Assembly (NCBI GenBank): GCA_030390025.1
Contig: CM059433.1
Coordinates: forward strand, 5,208,001 to 5,272,000
DNA: 64,000 nt
Source: Squalus acanthias
Taxonomy: Eukaryota
Direction of reading: 5' to 3'
Shown here: positions 50,440 through 62,806 of the stretch, in pieces
How the letters are laid out: the number at the start of each line of letters is the position of its first letter
Position numbering within the stretch: the stretch's first letter is position 1
The notes under the pieces: generated by a model
Seen by the model: the letters and a program-made list of their open reading frames with translations, nothing else
Database searches by the model: none
Told to the model about the DNA's origin: nothing
Position numbers and translations under genes: made by a program

Positions 50440-51213
50440 AATAACAACAGAAAGTGCTGGAAAGACTCAGCAGGTCAGGCAGCATCGAGGAGAGAGAAAC
50501 AAAGTCAACGTTTCGGGTCGAACCCTTTGTCAGAACTGGAAAAGGTTAGGGAGGAGAGATTTTTAAGCAGGGGCAGGGAGGAGGGGAGGAAAGAACAAAG
50601 GGAAGGTCTGTGATAGGCTGGAAGGCAGGAGAGATTGACTGACAAAAGGGATGATGGTGCGAGGCAAAAGGAGGGGTAATGGGACAAGTGAAGAAACAAA
50701 AGATGGCTCGAGATGATGTGTGAATGATGATGGCAGCAACATTACCAGCTACCATGTGAGGAAACAAGAGAGAAAAAAATATATAAAGAAATACAGGGGT
50801 CGAGGTTATGGTCTGAAATTGTTGAACTCAATGGTGAGTCCAGAAGGCTGTAAAGTGCCTAATCGAAAGATGAGGTGCTGTTTCTCGAGCTTACGTTGAG
50901 CTCCATTGGAACAGTGTAAGAGGCCGAGGACGGAGAGGTCAGAGTGGGAGTGGAGCGGAGAATTAAAGTGACAGGCGACCGGAAGCTCGGGGTCACCTTT
51001 ACGGACTGAATGGAGGTGTTCCGCAAAGCGGTCACCCAATCTGCGTTTGGTCTCCCCAATGTAGAGGAGACCGCATCGTGAGCAGTGAATACAGTGTACT
51101 AAATTGCAAGAAATACAAGTAAATCGCTGTTTCACCTGGAAGGAGTGTTTGGGGCCCTGGACGGTGGGAAGGGAGGGGGTAAAAGGGCAGGTGTTGCATC
51201 TATTTTGCTCTGG
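50440..51213 (-). mobile_element. 5'-truncated Penelope-like element (family H2): GIY-YIG ORF plus 3' terminal repeat
   Basis: ORF 50806..51135 FTCISCNLVHCIHCSRCGLLYIGETKRRLGDRFAEH (GIY-YIG); TSD TATTAAAATG(C/T)TGT at 50426 and 51214; short inverted tail TATTTTGCT at ~51201. Confidence 0.88.
50503..50537 (-). ncRNA. Degenerate hammerhead motif (family H2), core G8 changed to A
   Basis: Minus AGUU-CUGACAA-A-GGGU(UCG)ACCC-GAAA-CG-UU-GACU. Confidence 0.65.
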
Positions 51214-51477
51214 TATTAAAATGTTGTTGTGTGTTTACTCAGTCATTTTGATAACTTTGCCTTTATCAGTTTCAGTTCCATCAGAAATTGTTGCCGTTTG
51301 CTCGATCACCTTCTGTCAGTGAATGCTGACCAAGGGCAAAGTATAAAAGCATTTGGACACCATGAGCCAGTGTGAAGACAAAGCACAGGAAGATTAGTAT
51401 CACCTACCCATGGCCTCTTGATTTATCTTCTCTCCTACTCTTCAACGTGTGTGACCCCCTGCACCGTGGGCTTGGGC

Positions 51478-52882
51478 TAGGATTGCCAACCCTCCTGGAT
51501 TCTCCAGGAATTGAGGATTAATCTCCAGGACACTGCAGCCATCAACCCAGGGAGAAAAATCTTAGTGGGGAGGTCATTAAAAAGAATTGTGGGCTTTTTT
51601 CATTTTCTCTGAACACTTCTGTTTATTAGTCACAAAAATATTGGAGATGGGAAAAAAAGGCTGTTGACTGACAGTCAAGAACCATCCATTTGGGTAATGA
51701 AGTGTCTTTCTGCCTTCCAATTGGCCATGGGATGGACATGTTAGGAGAGCAATTTTTTTTTTAATTCATTTTTTATGGGATGTGGGCGTCGCTGGCAAGG
51801 CCAGCATTTATTGCCCATCCCTAGTTGCCCTTGAGAAGGTGGTGGTGAGCCGCCTTCTTGAACTGCTGCAGTCCGTGTGATGAAGGTACTCCCACAGTGC
51901 TGTTAGGCAGGGAGTTCCAGGAATTTGACCCAGCGACGATGAAGGATCGGCGATATACTTCCAAGTCAGGATGGTGTGTGACTTGGAGGAGAACTTGGAG
52001 GTGGTGGTGTTCCCATGCGCCTGCTGCCCTTGTCCTTCTAGGTGGAAGAGGTCGTGGGTTTGGGAGGTGCTGCCGAAGAAGCCTTGGTGAGTTGCTGCAG
52101 TGCATCTTGTAGATGGTACACACTGCAGCCACGGTACGCCGGTGGTGGAGGGAGTGAATGTTTAAGGTGGTGGACGGGGTGCCAATCAAACGGGCTGCTT
52201 TGTCCTGGATGGTGTCAAGCTTCTTGAGTGTGGTTGGAGCTGCACTCATCCAGGCAAGTGGAGAGAATTCTATCATACTCCTTACTTGTGCCTTGTAGAT
52301 GGTGGAAAGGCTTTGGGGAGTCAGGAGGTGAGACACTCACCGCAGAATACCTAGCCTCTGACCTGCTCTTGTTACCACAGTATTTATGTTGCTGGTCCAG
52401 TTTAAGTTTCTGGTCAATGATGACCCCAGGATGTTGATGGTGGGGGATTTGGCGATGGTAGTGCTGTTGAATGTCAAGGGGCGGTGGTTAGACTCTTACT
52501 TGTTGGAGATAGTCATTGCCTCGCACTTGTGTGGCGCGAATGCTACCTGCCACTTATCAGCCCAAGCCTGAATGTCATCCAGGTCTTGTTGCATGCGGGC
52601 ATGGACTGCTTCATTATCTGAGGAGTTGCGAATGGAACTGAACACTGTGCAGTCATCAGCGAACATCCCCATTTCTGACCTTATGTTGGAGGGAAGGTCA
52701 TTGATGAAGCAGCTGAAGATGGTTGGGCCTAGGACACTGCCCTGAGGAACTCCTGCAGCAATGTCATGGGGCTGTGATGATTGACCTCCAACCATGGTGG
52801 GAGCATGGGGCAGGGCTGATGGTGGCAGGCGGTCAAGTGATCAAACCTCCAGGAATATGTCTGACCAGGGTTGGCAACCCTA
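51478..52882. mobile_element. hAT MITE interrupted by a family-B LINE
   Basis: TIRs TAGGATTGCCAACCCT / AGGGTTGGCAACCCTA; 8-bp TSD GCTTGGGC/ACTTGGGC. Confidence 0.8.
51755..52795 (-). mobile_element. LINE family B 3' portion
   Basis: ORFs 52496..52795 ([10 protein letters not shown]...FADD) and 51821..52336. Confidence 0.94.
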
Positions 52883-53948
52883 ACTTGGGCCCTTCACCTA
52901 GGCTTCTCAATAAAAAAACCTGCTGTTGTAAACAATATTTGTACTAGGCCTAAGACGCCAACCTTTTTTGCTGTAGCAAATTTGCACAAAATCATAAAAG
53001 CTCCGACAAATTTGTTTATCATTACAGTGTTTGAAGATGTGCTCCTGGACTACTCTTACAAACTGCTGCTTTCAAAGCAAGTTTCTTCCACAAACCAAGT
53101 GCTGCAGACAAAATGACATTGCTTAGGACATCGCCCATCTCCCCCCGCCCCCACCCCCAGTACAGAAGAGATGTTTGTGGAATATCTGACGTGGCTGAAA
53201 CTATAGGACATGACTTTACCTTGAAGTGCAATTAAGAGCATGACATTCCCTGACCAATCACATAGCCCGAAATGAATCCATATTGTCTTAATATTCAAAG
53301 CCACAGGTCGCGTGCGTGAGAAGCTGCAAGAGGACCCCTAGGGTCCGACCGCCGAAGGTCACGGCCTGCCTTTGGCAGCTAAGATAGCAGCTTCCCTCAA
53401 CCCTTTTCGACTTTGGTACCTTCGAACTAGTGACCTCATTGCCCTTGTCTCGGTCAAGAGAGATACAAAAAATGCTCCACTTTTACCTCGGACCAGCAAC
53501 AGCAGCACCCAAGTCAGCCAGGAATTCTATCCCCTGGCCAGGATTAACCCGATCAAACTATCTGAGAGCAAACATATGTTTCGGAACAGGAAAATGCTTT
53601 CAACTACCAAATGTCATGCAATGATAAGTGTAAGAGAACCAGTGCAATTGCCAAGTTACAGGGTTGCAGCAGAGCTCAGGATATTCGAACAATCTTTCAC
53701 CTGTTGGATATTAGATCACCAGTGGCTGTCTTGCGAGTAAGTGAACACTGACAGACTGTTGGCAGCGCATGCAACCACTATTACCCTCAGTTTATTGATT
53801 GAACTAGCTTGCTTTATTTGAAGGGGGTTAAAGTACACCAATACTTCCATCAGCTGAATTAGATTCCACTACCAGTTTGCCAGCAGTCACTGGAAAGGCA
53901 GGGAACAGCTTGTCCTTTTAAACACGGGGGGAGGTCCGAAAATAAAAG

Positions 53949-54250
53949 TAAGAAGTCGCACAACACCAGGTTATAGTCCAACAGCTATATTTGAAATCAC
54001 AAGCTTTCGGAGCGCTGCTCCTTCGTCAGGTGAAGTGAAGAGATGCATATAGGCACAGCATATATAGTCAGAGAACACTGCCAGATGATTAGAGTTAATC
54101 TTTCTAACTGCCCTTTATCACACCTCAGCAGAGAGATAATCACGGCAATCAAAGGTGTGGATGGTGTCCAAACAGGCCAGTCAGGAAAACATTACATCAT
54201 TTACATCATTGCATTATTTGTCCCAGTCCAACACCGGCATCTCCACATCA
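53949..54250 (-). mobile_element. PLE terminal-repeat insertion (family H1) with 12-bp TSD and inverted tail
   Basis: TSD CGAAAATAAAAG at 53937-53948 and 54251-54262; tail CCCAGTCCAACACCGGCATCTCCACATCA lies opposite in orientation to the body. Confidence 0.85.
53997..54033 (-). ncRNA. Minimal type I hammerhead ribozyme motif (family H1)
   Basis: Reverse complement is identical to 25323-25359. Confidence 0.85.
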
Positions 54251-54279
54251 CGAAAATAAAAGAACTGTGACTGTTGCGT

Positions 54280-54800
54280 GAGAATCAAGCATGAACCTAA
54301 ACGATGATTATTTTTTTGTTGCTGGCCACTCATCACCTGGATTTTGGTGGAGTGGAAGCCCTTGCACTTGACGAATACCTACAATTGTGCCTCAGGCCTG
54401 TGATGGCTACATCTGCTCGACCTGAAGACTTCGGAGATTCCTGCCGTAGGGAAGAACTGCGAAACCCTCTCATTCTGCAGTTCCTTTTCTAATAGGAAAA
54501 CAATGAAGCTGTTGCCATGGTGAACAACGCATCAGTGTTGTGCTTGATGCATTTGCGTGCTGCACGTTGACTGATGTTGCAGATGTATCCTGCGGTAGCT
54601 TGGCAGGTGCCCGAGGCCTCAGAGTAGTGGTAACCTTCAGTCGCCACCAGCAGCGCTGTCCCCGAAGGGGGTGTGAGTCTGATTGCGGTAAATTGTCCAA
54701 CTCCATCACTGCCCCTCCGCTGAACCGCCACCCGCAAAGCCACTTCTCCTCAGACATTCCCAAGTACGTCTGCCTTGAACCTGTGAATACAACTGCGTGG
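54280..54800 (-). pseudogene. Harbinger transposase N-terminal remnant, frameshifted
   Basis: YLGMSEEK...RFS..AV.EL; KVTT; QATAGYICNISQRAARKCIK..TDALF; VFVKCKGFHS. Confidence 0.75.
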
Positions 54801-55114
54801 GCAATGATCTGCTGCCATTGCAACAAACAGAAAAGTCAGCTTCCTTATATTTTTTTTACTGTATTTGTTAATCTTTGCTGGCTTCTTGTTTAATAGAAAA
54901 TAACATCGGCCCTGAATTTCCTTGCATTTCTGCCGCTGCACTGCCAGAACTTCTTCTGAAATGTGGTGGAAACTCCATTTACACACCGGGTTTCCGCTGC
55001 ACTGCCGACAAAGTTACAACAGCATCAGCAGCAGAACGCCTGAGGAAGCTCAGGCCCAATATGGAGTTTGCAACTTATGTGATAAACTCTGCTATAATTA
55101 ACCTTCATGTGAAG

Positions 55115-56365
55115 CAAGCCGTGATCCTGACCAACGGCTCCACCACAGACCCAATTCACGTACGAACCGGGGTCAAGCAAGGCTGTGTCATCGCACCAAC
55201 GCTCTTCTCGATCTTCCTTGCGGCAATGCTCCATCTCACCCTCAGTAAGCTCCTCGCTGGAGTGGAGCTAATTTACAGAACAAACGGGAAACTGTTCAAC
55301 CTCCGTCGCCTCCAGTCCAGATCCAAGGTTGTCCCATCCTCTGTCATCGAATTACAGTATGCAGACGACGCTTGCGTCTGTGCTCACTCGGAGGTCGAAC
55401 TCCAAACCATCGTCAACACCTTCACCGAAGCGTACGAGAGCATGGGCCTTACACTAAACATCCGTAAGACAAAGGTCCTCTACCAACCTGCCCCCGCCAC
55501 ACAGTACTGCCCCCCGATGATCAAAATCCACGACAAGGCCTTGGACAACGTGAACCACTTTCCATACCTCGGGAGCCTACTGTCAACAAGGGCAGACGTC
55601 GACGACGAAGTCCAACACCGCCTTCAGTGTGCCAGTGCAGCCTTCGGTCGCCTGAGGAAGAGAGTGTTTGAAGACCAGGACCTCAAACCCGGCACTAAGC
55701 TCATGGTCTACAGAGCAGCAGTGATACCCGCCCTCCTGTATGCCTCAGAGACATGGACCATGTACAGCAGGCACCTCAAAGCACTGGAGAGGTACCACCA
55801 ACGCTGCCTCCGCAAGATCCTGCAAATTTCATTGGCAGGATAGGCGCACCAACGTCAGTGTTCTTGCTCAGGCCAACATCCCCAGCATCGAAGCTTTGAC
55901 CACGCTCGATCAGCTCCGATGGACGGGTCACATTGTCCGCATGCCCGATACGAGACTCCCAAAACAAGCGCTCTACTCGGAGCTCTGACACGGCAAGAGA
56001 GCCCCAGGTGGGCAGAGGAAACGCTTCAAGGACACCCTCAAAGCCTCCTTGAAAAAGTGTAACATCCCCACTGACACCTGGGAATCCCTGGCCCAAGACC
56101 GCACAAAGTGGAGGAGAAGCATCCGGGAAGGTGCCGAACACCTCGAGTCTCTTCGCCGGGAGCAAGCGGAAGCCAAGCGCAGGCAGCGCAAGGAGCGCAC
56201 GTCAACCCAAGCACCCCACCCACCCGCCCCTTCAACCACCGTCTGCCCCACCTGTGACAGAGACTGTAGGTCCCGCATTGGACTCATCAGTCACCTGAGA
56301 ACTCATTTTTAATGTGGAAGCAAGTCATCCTCGTTTCCGAGGGACTGCCTCAGAAGAAGAAGAAG
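55115..56365 (+). mobile_element. 5'-truncated RTE-clade LINE (BovB/RTE-like)
   Basis: GVKQGCVIAPTLF, LQYADD, FPYLGS, QLRWTGHIVRM, C-terminal CPTC...HLRTH zinc finger; (GAA)n tail; perfect 31-bp TSD. Confidence 0.95.
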
Positions 56366-56744
56366 AAACTCTGCTATAATTAACCTTCATGTGAAGTGAT
56401 TCATTTTCCCTTTCCTCACCAACTATGAAGGTTATCTCACTTAACTAACCAAATCTTTGAAAGTTCCAGCCAAGTTCTCTTTGAAGAGCCCAGATACATT
56501 CTCTTTGAAGGCTGTACACAAGCTCTCACTGAGATTAACCTAGGATTGCACAGAAGCAAATGAAAAGGGTGATCATTATGGCTAAAAGAGACCTAGAAAA
56601 AAGCACAGCTGCAGACCGCAGGCAACATTTTACAGTAAAAATTTCTTCCAGTACTGCACTGTTGCAGAATAGATGAAAATGATAAAAGATGCAAATAAGC
56701 TTGAAACTGAGGATGAGCACAAGATAATAAATATTCTAAATGAT

Positions 56745-57700
56745 TACTGGGATAGATTCATAACAGATCTAGCAGCTCTAAACTGCACATCCATGAGGCG
56801 CTGTGGACCATCAGCAGCAGCAGAATTGTATTCCACCACAATCTGTAACCTCATGGCCCGGCGTATGCCTCACTCTGCCATTACCATCAAGCCAGATCAC
56901 CAACCCTGGTTCAATGAGGAGTGTAGAAGAGCATGCCAGGAGCAGCACCAGGCGTATCTGAAACTGAGTTGCCAACCTGGGGAAGCTGCAACACAGGACT
57001 ACATGCATGCTAAACAGCGGAGGCAGCATGCTATAGACAGAGCTAAGCGATCCCACAATCAACAGATCAGGTCAAAGCTTTGCAGTCCTGCCACATTCAG
57101 TCACGAATGGTGATGGACAATTAAGCAATTAACGGGAGGAGGCTCTATGAACATCCCCATCCTCAATAATGTCAAAGCTCAGCATGTGAGTGTAAAAGAC
57201 AAGGCTGAAGCATTCACAACTATCTTCACCCAAAAGTGCCAAGTGGATGATTCTTCTTGGTCTCCTCCTGAGGTCCCCACCATGACAGATGCCAGTCTTC
57301 AGCCAATTCGAATTATTTCATGTGATATCAAGAAATGGCTGAGCGAACTGGATACAGCAAAGGCTACAGGTCAAAACATCCCAACGGTAGTGCTGAGACC
57401 TGTGCTCTAGAACTAGTCGCACCCCCAGCTAAGCTGTTCCACTACAGCTACAACAATGGCATCTACCCGACAATGTGGAAAACTGCCCAGGTATGTCCTG
57501 TCCACAAAAAGGAGGACAAATCTAACCTGGCCAACTACTGCCTCCTCAGTCTACTCTCAATCATCAGCACAGCGATGGAAGGTGTCGTCGACAGTGCTAT
57601 CAAGCAGCACTTACTCATCAATAACCTGCTCACCATTGCTCAGTTTGGGTTCCGCCAGGACCACTCGGCTCCAGACCTCATTACAGCCTTGGTCCAAACA
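56745..57700 (+). mobile_element. LINE family B internal fragment (linker and start of RT), preceded by an ancient CR1 trace at ~56530-56745
   Basis: QPWFNEECRRA; KLFHYSYNNGIYPTMWK...QFGFRQDHSAPDL, matching the 41431..42693 ORF. Confidence 0.88.
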
Positions 57701-57844
57701 TGGAAAACCAGTTCTTAAATGGAGCGCTGCAGGCCACCGGCAAAAAGTTAAGTTTGTTAAAAATACTTACCTGAATGTGGAGCCAGGAGGTGCAGGAGTG
57801 CTCCTCCCAGTTCCACATTAAACCCACGGGTCGCTGCCAACCAC

Positions 57845-58200
57845 TTCTCGCCCCCCCCCGCTCCCCACTGGCTGGTGATTGCCCCCCCCCCCGCCCCCCA
57901 CTGGCTCGTGATTGCCCCCTCGCCCCCCGCACCGGCCCAGTCGGCCCCCTCCCCCCCCGCCACCCCCCACTAGCTCGTGATTGCCCCCTCCCCCCCCCGC
58001 CCCCCACTGGCTGGTGATTGCTCCCCCCCCCGCCCCCCACTGGCTCGTGATTGCCCCCTCCCCCCCCGCACCGGCCCAATCGGCCCCCTCCACCCCCCCC
58101 ACCCCCCACTAGCTCGTGATTGCCCCCTCCACCCGCCCCCGCCCCCCACTGGCTCGTGATTGCCCCCTCTGCCCCCGCACCGGCCCAGTCGGCCCCCTCC
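57845..58200. repeat. C-rich minisatellite (CCCCACTGGCTCGTGATTGCCCCC units) inside a MITE-like element ending AATTTCCAGGCC (~58376)
   Basis: Visible tandem units with a higher-order repeat of about 120 bp. Confidence 0.85.
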
Positions 58201-59024
58201 CGATTGTATCTCATTCCCCCTTTAACAACATACCTGATGTTGCAGTGGCCCGAAACTCGAAACCTCTTCGCCGGCGAGCTGCTGGGGACGCCCAGCAGGT
58301 GTCCAGAGCTCACCGGCCTCAATTAACTAAAGCCCCAGGCCCAGTATCGGGAGCCGAGTGAATGAATTTCCAGGCCACTATTTATTCACTCATGATCTAC
58401 TTTATTTACACATTTTAAAAATATTTATCGCCATTATATTGCAAAATGTTAACAAAAAGCACTTCCACTTTTAATCGAATATGAGTGCTAATTATTAGAT
58501 TACTGATTTTGAAACTGTAAATAACCGCATATTGTTTGATTCTTTTGGAATAACAAATGTTGCAGATGTTTGAAATTAGAATTTGAAGCTAATACAATAG
58601 AGACCGCCATGTTCTATTACTCGATTAGCTTTCACTGGCGGTCTTTATCTTTGCTTTACACAGGCTACAGGGTCTGCAAGGTCAAATCAAAAAAGAATAA
58701 TAAACATCTCTGAGTCGCCAATCAATTAATCTCTATTATGGGATATTTTCTATACAGCAATGCTTGAATACAATCCTATGTTTAAGACACCAAGCATAAA
58801 TCAGTCTGCATTAAATAGATTAGTGAAAGCCCATGTGGATTCTTCCCATTTCTGGATGCCATTGCTCATTGCTGGCAGGTATTGTTGGTAATTATCTGTA
58901 AGTAGCACATCCTCTTCAGTAGATTCAGAATTAATTTCTGGTTTGCTAAGGCATTACTTAACCACATTTACAAGCAGACGAGCTTTTATCCTCTAAGGGG
59001 TCTTCGATGGTGTTGATCTAAGTA

Positions 59025-60159
59025 AAAAGTAAAAGCCCATGGGATCCAAGGCAAAGTGACAAGTTGGATCCAAAATTGTCTCAGAGGCAGGAAACAAAGG
59101 GTAATGGTCGAAGGGTGTTTTTGTGACTGGAAGACTGTTTCCTTGGGGTTCCGCAGGGCTCAGTACTGGGTCCTTTGCTTTTTGTGGTATATATCAATGA
59201 TTTGGACTTGAATGTAGGAAATATGATTAAGAAGTTTGCAGACAATACAAAAATTGGCCATGTGGTTGATAATGAAGAAGAAAGCTGCAGACTGCAGGAA
59301 GATATCAATGGACTGGTCGGGTGGGCAGAAACAGTGGCAAAGAGAATTCAATCTGGAGAAGTGTGAGGTAATGCATTTGGGGAGGGTTGACAAGGCAAGG
59401 GAATACACAATAAATGGTAGGACACTGAGAAGTGCAGAGGATCAGAGGGACCTTGGAGTGCATGCCCACAGATCCCTGAAGGTAGCAGGACAGGTAGATA
59501 AGGTGGTTAAGAAGGCATACGGGATACTTGCCTTTATTAGCCGAGGCATAGAATATAAGAGCAGGGAGGTTATGCTTGAACTGTATAAAACACTAGTTAG
59601 GCCGCAGCTAGAGTACTGCGTGCAGTTCTGGTCACCACATTACAGGAAGGATGTGATTGCACTAGAGGGGGTGCAGAGGAGATTTACAAGGATGTTGCCT
59701 GGGCTGGGGAATTTTAGCCATGAGGAAAGATTGGATAGGCTGGGTTTGTTTTCTTTGGAATAGAGGAGGCTGAGGGGAGACTTGATTGAGGTGTATAAAA
59801 TTATGAGGGGCCTGGATGGAGTGGATAGGAAGGACCTATTTCCCTTAGCAGAGGGGTCAATAACCAGGGGGCATAGATTTAAAGTAATTGGTCGGAGGTT
59901 TAGAGGGGATTTGAGGAGAAATGTTTTCACCCAGAGGGTGGTGGGGGTCTGGAACTCACTGCCTGAAAGGGTGGTAGAGGCAGAAACCCTCATCGCATTT
60001 AAAAAGTACTTGGATGTGGACTTGAAGTGCTGTAACCTACAGGGCTACGGACCAAGTGTGGAAAGTGGGATTAGGGTGGCTAGCTCTTTGTCGGCCGGCA
60101 CGGACAAGATGGGCCGAATGGCCTCCTTCTGTGCTGTAAATCTCTATGATTCTATGATT
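59025..60159 (+). mobile_element. CR1 LINE 3' portion
   Basis: YINDLD...FADNTK; RPQLEYCVQFWSP; FTQRVVGVWNSLP; (TTCTATGA)n tail. Confidence 0.95.
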
Positions 60160-61029
60160 AATGCTGTACTCTAGCTGATATGAAGGCACGTTTCTGTGAC
60201 TTATGCTTCACAGCTTGGAAAATATTGATATCCTGGGAAATATAGGATGGAAATTCCCTTCTCCATCCCATGAATGGGAAAGGGAAAGAGAAGTCTCAGC
60301 CCGTACTTTTAAAATGTGACAGAGGCACAATCATTATACATATAAGTCTCATGTACTGAGACAGGAATGAATCGATAGTATAAACTGCAATAAGAGAAAT
60401 TAATTCCATAAGAACTCCGAAAGTAGGAAGTAAACATTAGTGGAATGCAGGGAATGTTTCCGCTCTGAGTTATGCGCTGTGTGACTGAACTTAGATCATG
60501 TAAATAATGCTGATTAATCACTCTTGCCAAAGCACAGATTATTGGCAAAGGAATTGGCCCACTTGCCACCACCCGTTTACGCCGTGATCCAGTCTGAAAC
60601 TGGCAGCCGCTACTCTAGCGCCCTTCTGTGGCGCAGGACTCTGTGGCTGCCATCTTGGTGAGGCTCTTAGCGCTGCCGATAGCAGCGCTGGCCCTGGAGT
60701 TGTAAATTAAGAGAGGGTGACGTCAGTCGGCGTGCAACGGCGACTGAACGTCACCTCAGCAAACTTGGACCTTAGCGCTGAGTTTCGACGCTGAGTCCGA
60801 AGCTCGCCATGAAATTCCAGCATTCAGCAGACTGACAGCGACCCTGTCAGCACCTCTCAAAGGGACACACACATCTTTCAGGTAAGTTTGCATTTAAGCT
60901 TTTGGACTGGATTTTTTTTTATTTTATTGAAATAGTGGCTTGCTGCAATAGATGTCAAAAGTTTTTTAAGTGTGCAGGGAGTGCTGCTGTCGCTTGCAAG
61001 GCCTCGGATGGTAAAGGAAGGCCTCTGAG

Positions 61030-61175
61030 AAGACAAAAAATGCTGGAAATACTCAGCAGGTCAGGCAGCATCCGTGGAAAGAGAAACAGAGTTCACGTCT
61101 CAGGTCGAGATGCTGCCTGAGCAGCTGAGTATTTCCAGCATTGCATGCTTTTATTTCAGATTTACAGCATCCGCT
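61030..61175. mobile_element. Degenerate palindromic H2 PLE insertion, hammerhead cores lost
   Basis: ATGCTGGAAATACTCAGCAGGTCAGGCAGCATC paired with GATGCTGCCTGAGCAGCTGAGTATTTCCAGCAT; same arms as 29417-29662. Confidence 0.75.
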
Positions 61176-61829
61176 CACAGAGGGAAGAGGAAGATGCAGA
61201 AGAGGAGGAAGCGGAAGGAAGGATGCAACCCAGACAGTGCCTTTGTGGCCGGGATATCTGGGATGGAATCATCCACCTGCGGTCCCAGTGAACATAACCT
61301 CAATTCCTCTTTCAACATCTGTCCCACACCTTCCCTTCTCTCTGTGACTGACCATCACAACGTCCTCTTGGCCACAATGCTGAAATAAAAGCCACCAGAA
61401 AGCAAACTTTCCAATCCAACTTTATACATCTATCCATCCAATATGACATCAAGAAATCAACTCATCGCCCTCATTCATTCCCTTAGTGATTGTCTTGTGT
61501 GTGGCTTTGCCTATCCTACTGATGTCACACAGTGCTACCCGAGCATGGCTGGTGGAAGGCTGCTGACTTTCAGTGGGGGAGACTGCAAATGGTCTTGCTG
61601 GTCGACCTTGAGGAGCTGGTGGCTGGGAGTGTGACATCAAGTGACGGCGTTTCTTCTTCTTCTTCTTCTTCTTTGTCTTCTTTTTCTTCACTCTCCTCTC
61701 CCTCTTCTTGGTCAACCACTGGCTGGGCAGGCTGCATTTTTTGGGTGTGTGAAATGAGGAAGGCACAAGGAAAGAGATGTGGTGAGGGGAGGGCGGGAAA
61801 GCAAGAGGTGCATGTGGGAATGAGGATAA

Positions 61830-62230
61830 CATATGAGGATACCAGCATCTTGTATCCTTTCAGCCCTGCCGCTGTCCAAGGGCTCAACCATGTCCCTGCT
61901 AAGAATTGCCTGCACCGTCCCCTCCAAGGGGGTGAGGTGAAGCTAGGAGTGGGAGATGTGCCTCGTGATTGGTGCAGATTGTTGGTAGGTGAGTGATTGG
62001 GGGGGGAGTCGTGCATTGAGCAGTGTGTGAGGCTAGTGGTGCAGTTGGTAGGAGACGGCTTTTGAAGATGCATTCACTGACCTTGACCAGTGGTCTGAGG
62101 TCATGAAGCTTCTTTGGGCACTGGAGCCAGGGGGTCGGGGCGACACTGCTGGCAGTGACGGCCTTGGTGGTCTGGTCCCACATCCTTCTTTCTGGAGGGC
62201 TTCTTGCCCCTGTGGGTAGAGGGCCTCTCT
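61830..62230 (-). pseudogene. Harbinger Myb/SANT-like gene remnant, probably two exons
   Basis: RRMWDQTTKAVTASSVAPTPWLQCPKKLHDLRPLVK followed by a GT donor-like site; an acidic transposase-tail-like segment at ~61180-61250 on the + strand suggests the convergent Harbinger layout. Confidence 0.65.
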
Positions 62231-62757
62231 TGCAGTGTTGACCCCCTGTTAAGCAACCTCCTTTCTCCTCTGGTTCACAACAACATGTTTTAAGTAAGCA
62301 CAAGACTTCGTAGTGGAGTATACAGAAAAGGCTTTATTGCCACACAGTAAAGGTGACCGGTCTTTAACTGTATACAGAGAGTCGATATTCGGTTTCTGTA
62401 TCTTTCGAGCACACTCTGACAAACTGTTGAAAACCGTGCTCTTTTATACAGCATATTTTGAATACAACAAAGGAAAATGTCAAATGACGTATCTATTTCC
62501 CAAATCCTCTGGAAACAGACTATCTATGTAAACAGTTTGCAATTGTTCACCTCAGAACCATTTCCCTTAAACGAGACTTCCTGATGTAACATTTTCTAGC
62601 CTCTTTGACCAGTTGTTATCTGTATCTAATGGACACCTACTGCCCATGTTTATCACCCTTAAACTAAACATGATGCGGAGATGCCGGTATTGGACTGGGG
62701 TGGACAAAAATGAGAAGTCGCACACACCAGGTTATAGTCCAACAGATTTATTTAAAA

Positions 62758-62794
62758 TTACAAGCTTTCGGAGCGCTGCTCCTTCGTCAGGTAA
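62758..62794 (-). ncRNA. Minimal hammerhead ribozyme motif (H1), minus arm
   Basis: UUAC-CUGACGA-A-GGAGC(AGC)GCUCC-GAAA-GC-UU-GUAA. Confidence 0.85.
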
Positions 62795-62806
62795 AGGTAC
62801 AATCCT

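Noticed and set aside
54875..55114. N-terminal extension of the 322-aa RTE ORF as a fusion protein
   Set aside because: Lies outside the element (upstream of and within the TSD); chance open frame with a non-ATG start.
57763..57773. U1 snRNA 5' end ATACTTACCTG
   Set aside because: Only 11 nt match; it is the reverse complement of a consensus splice donor.
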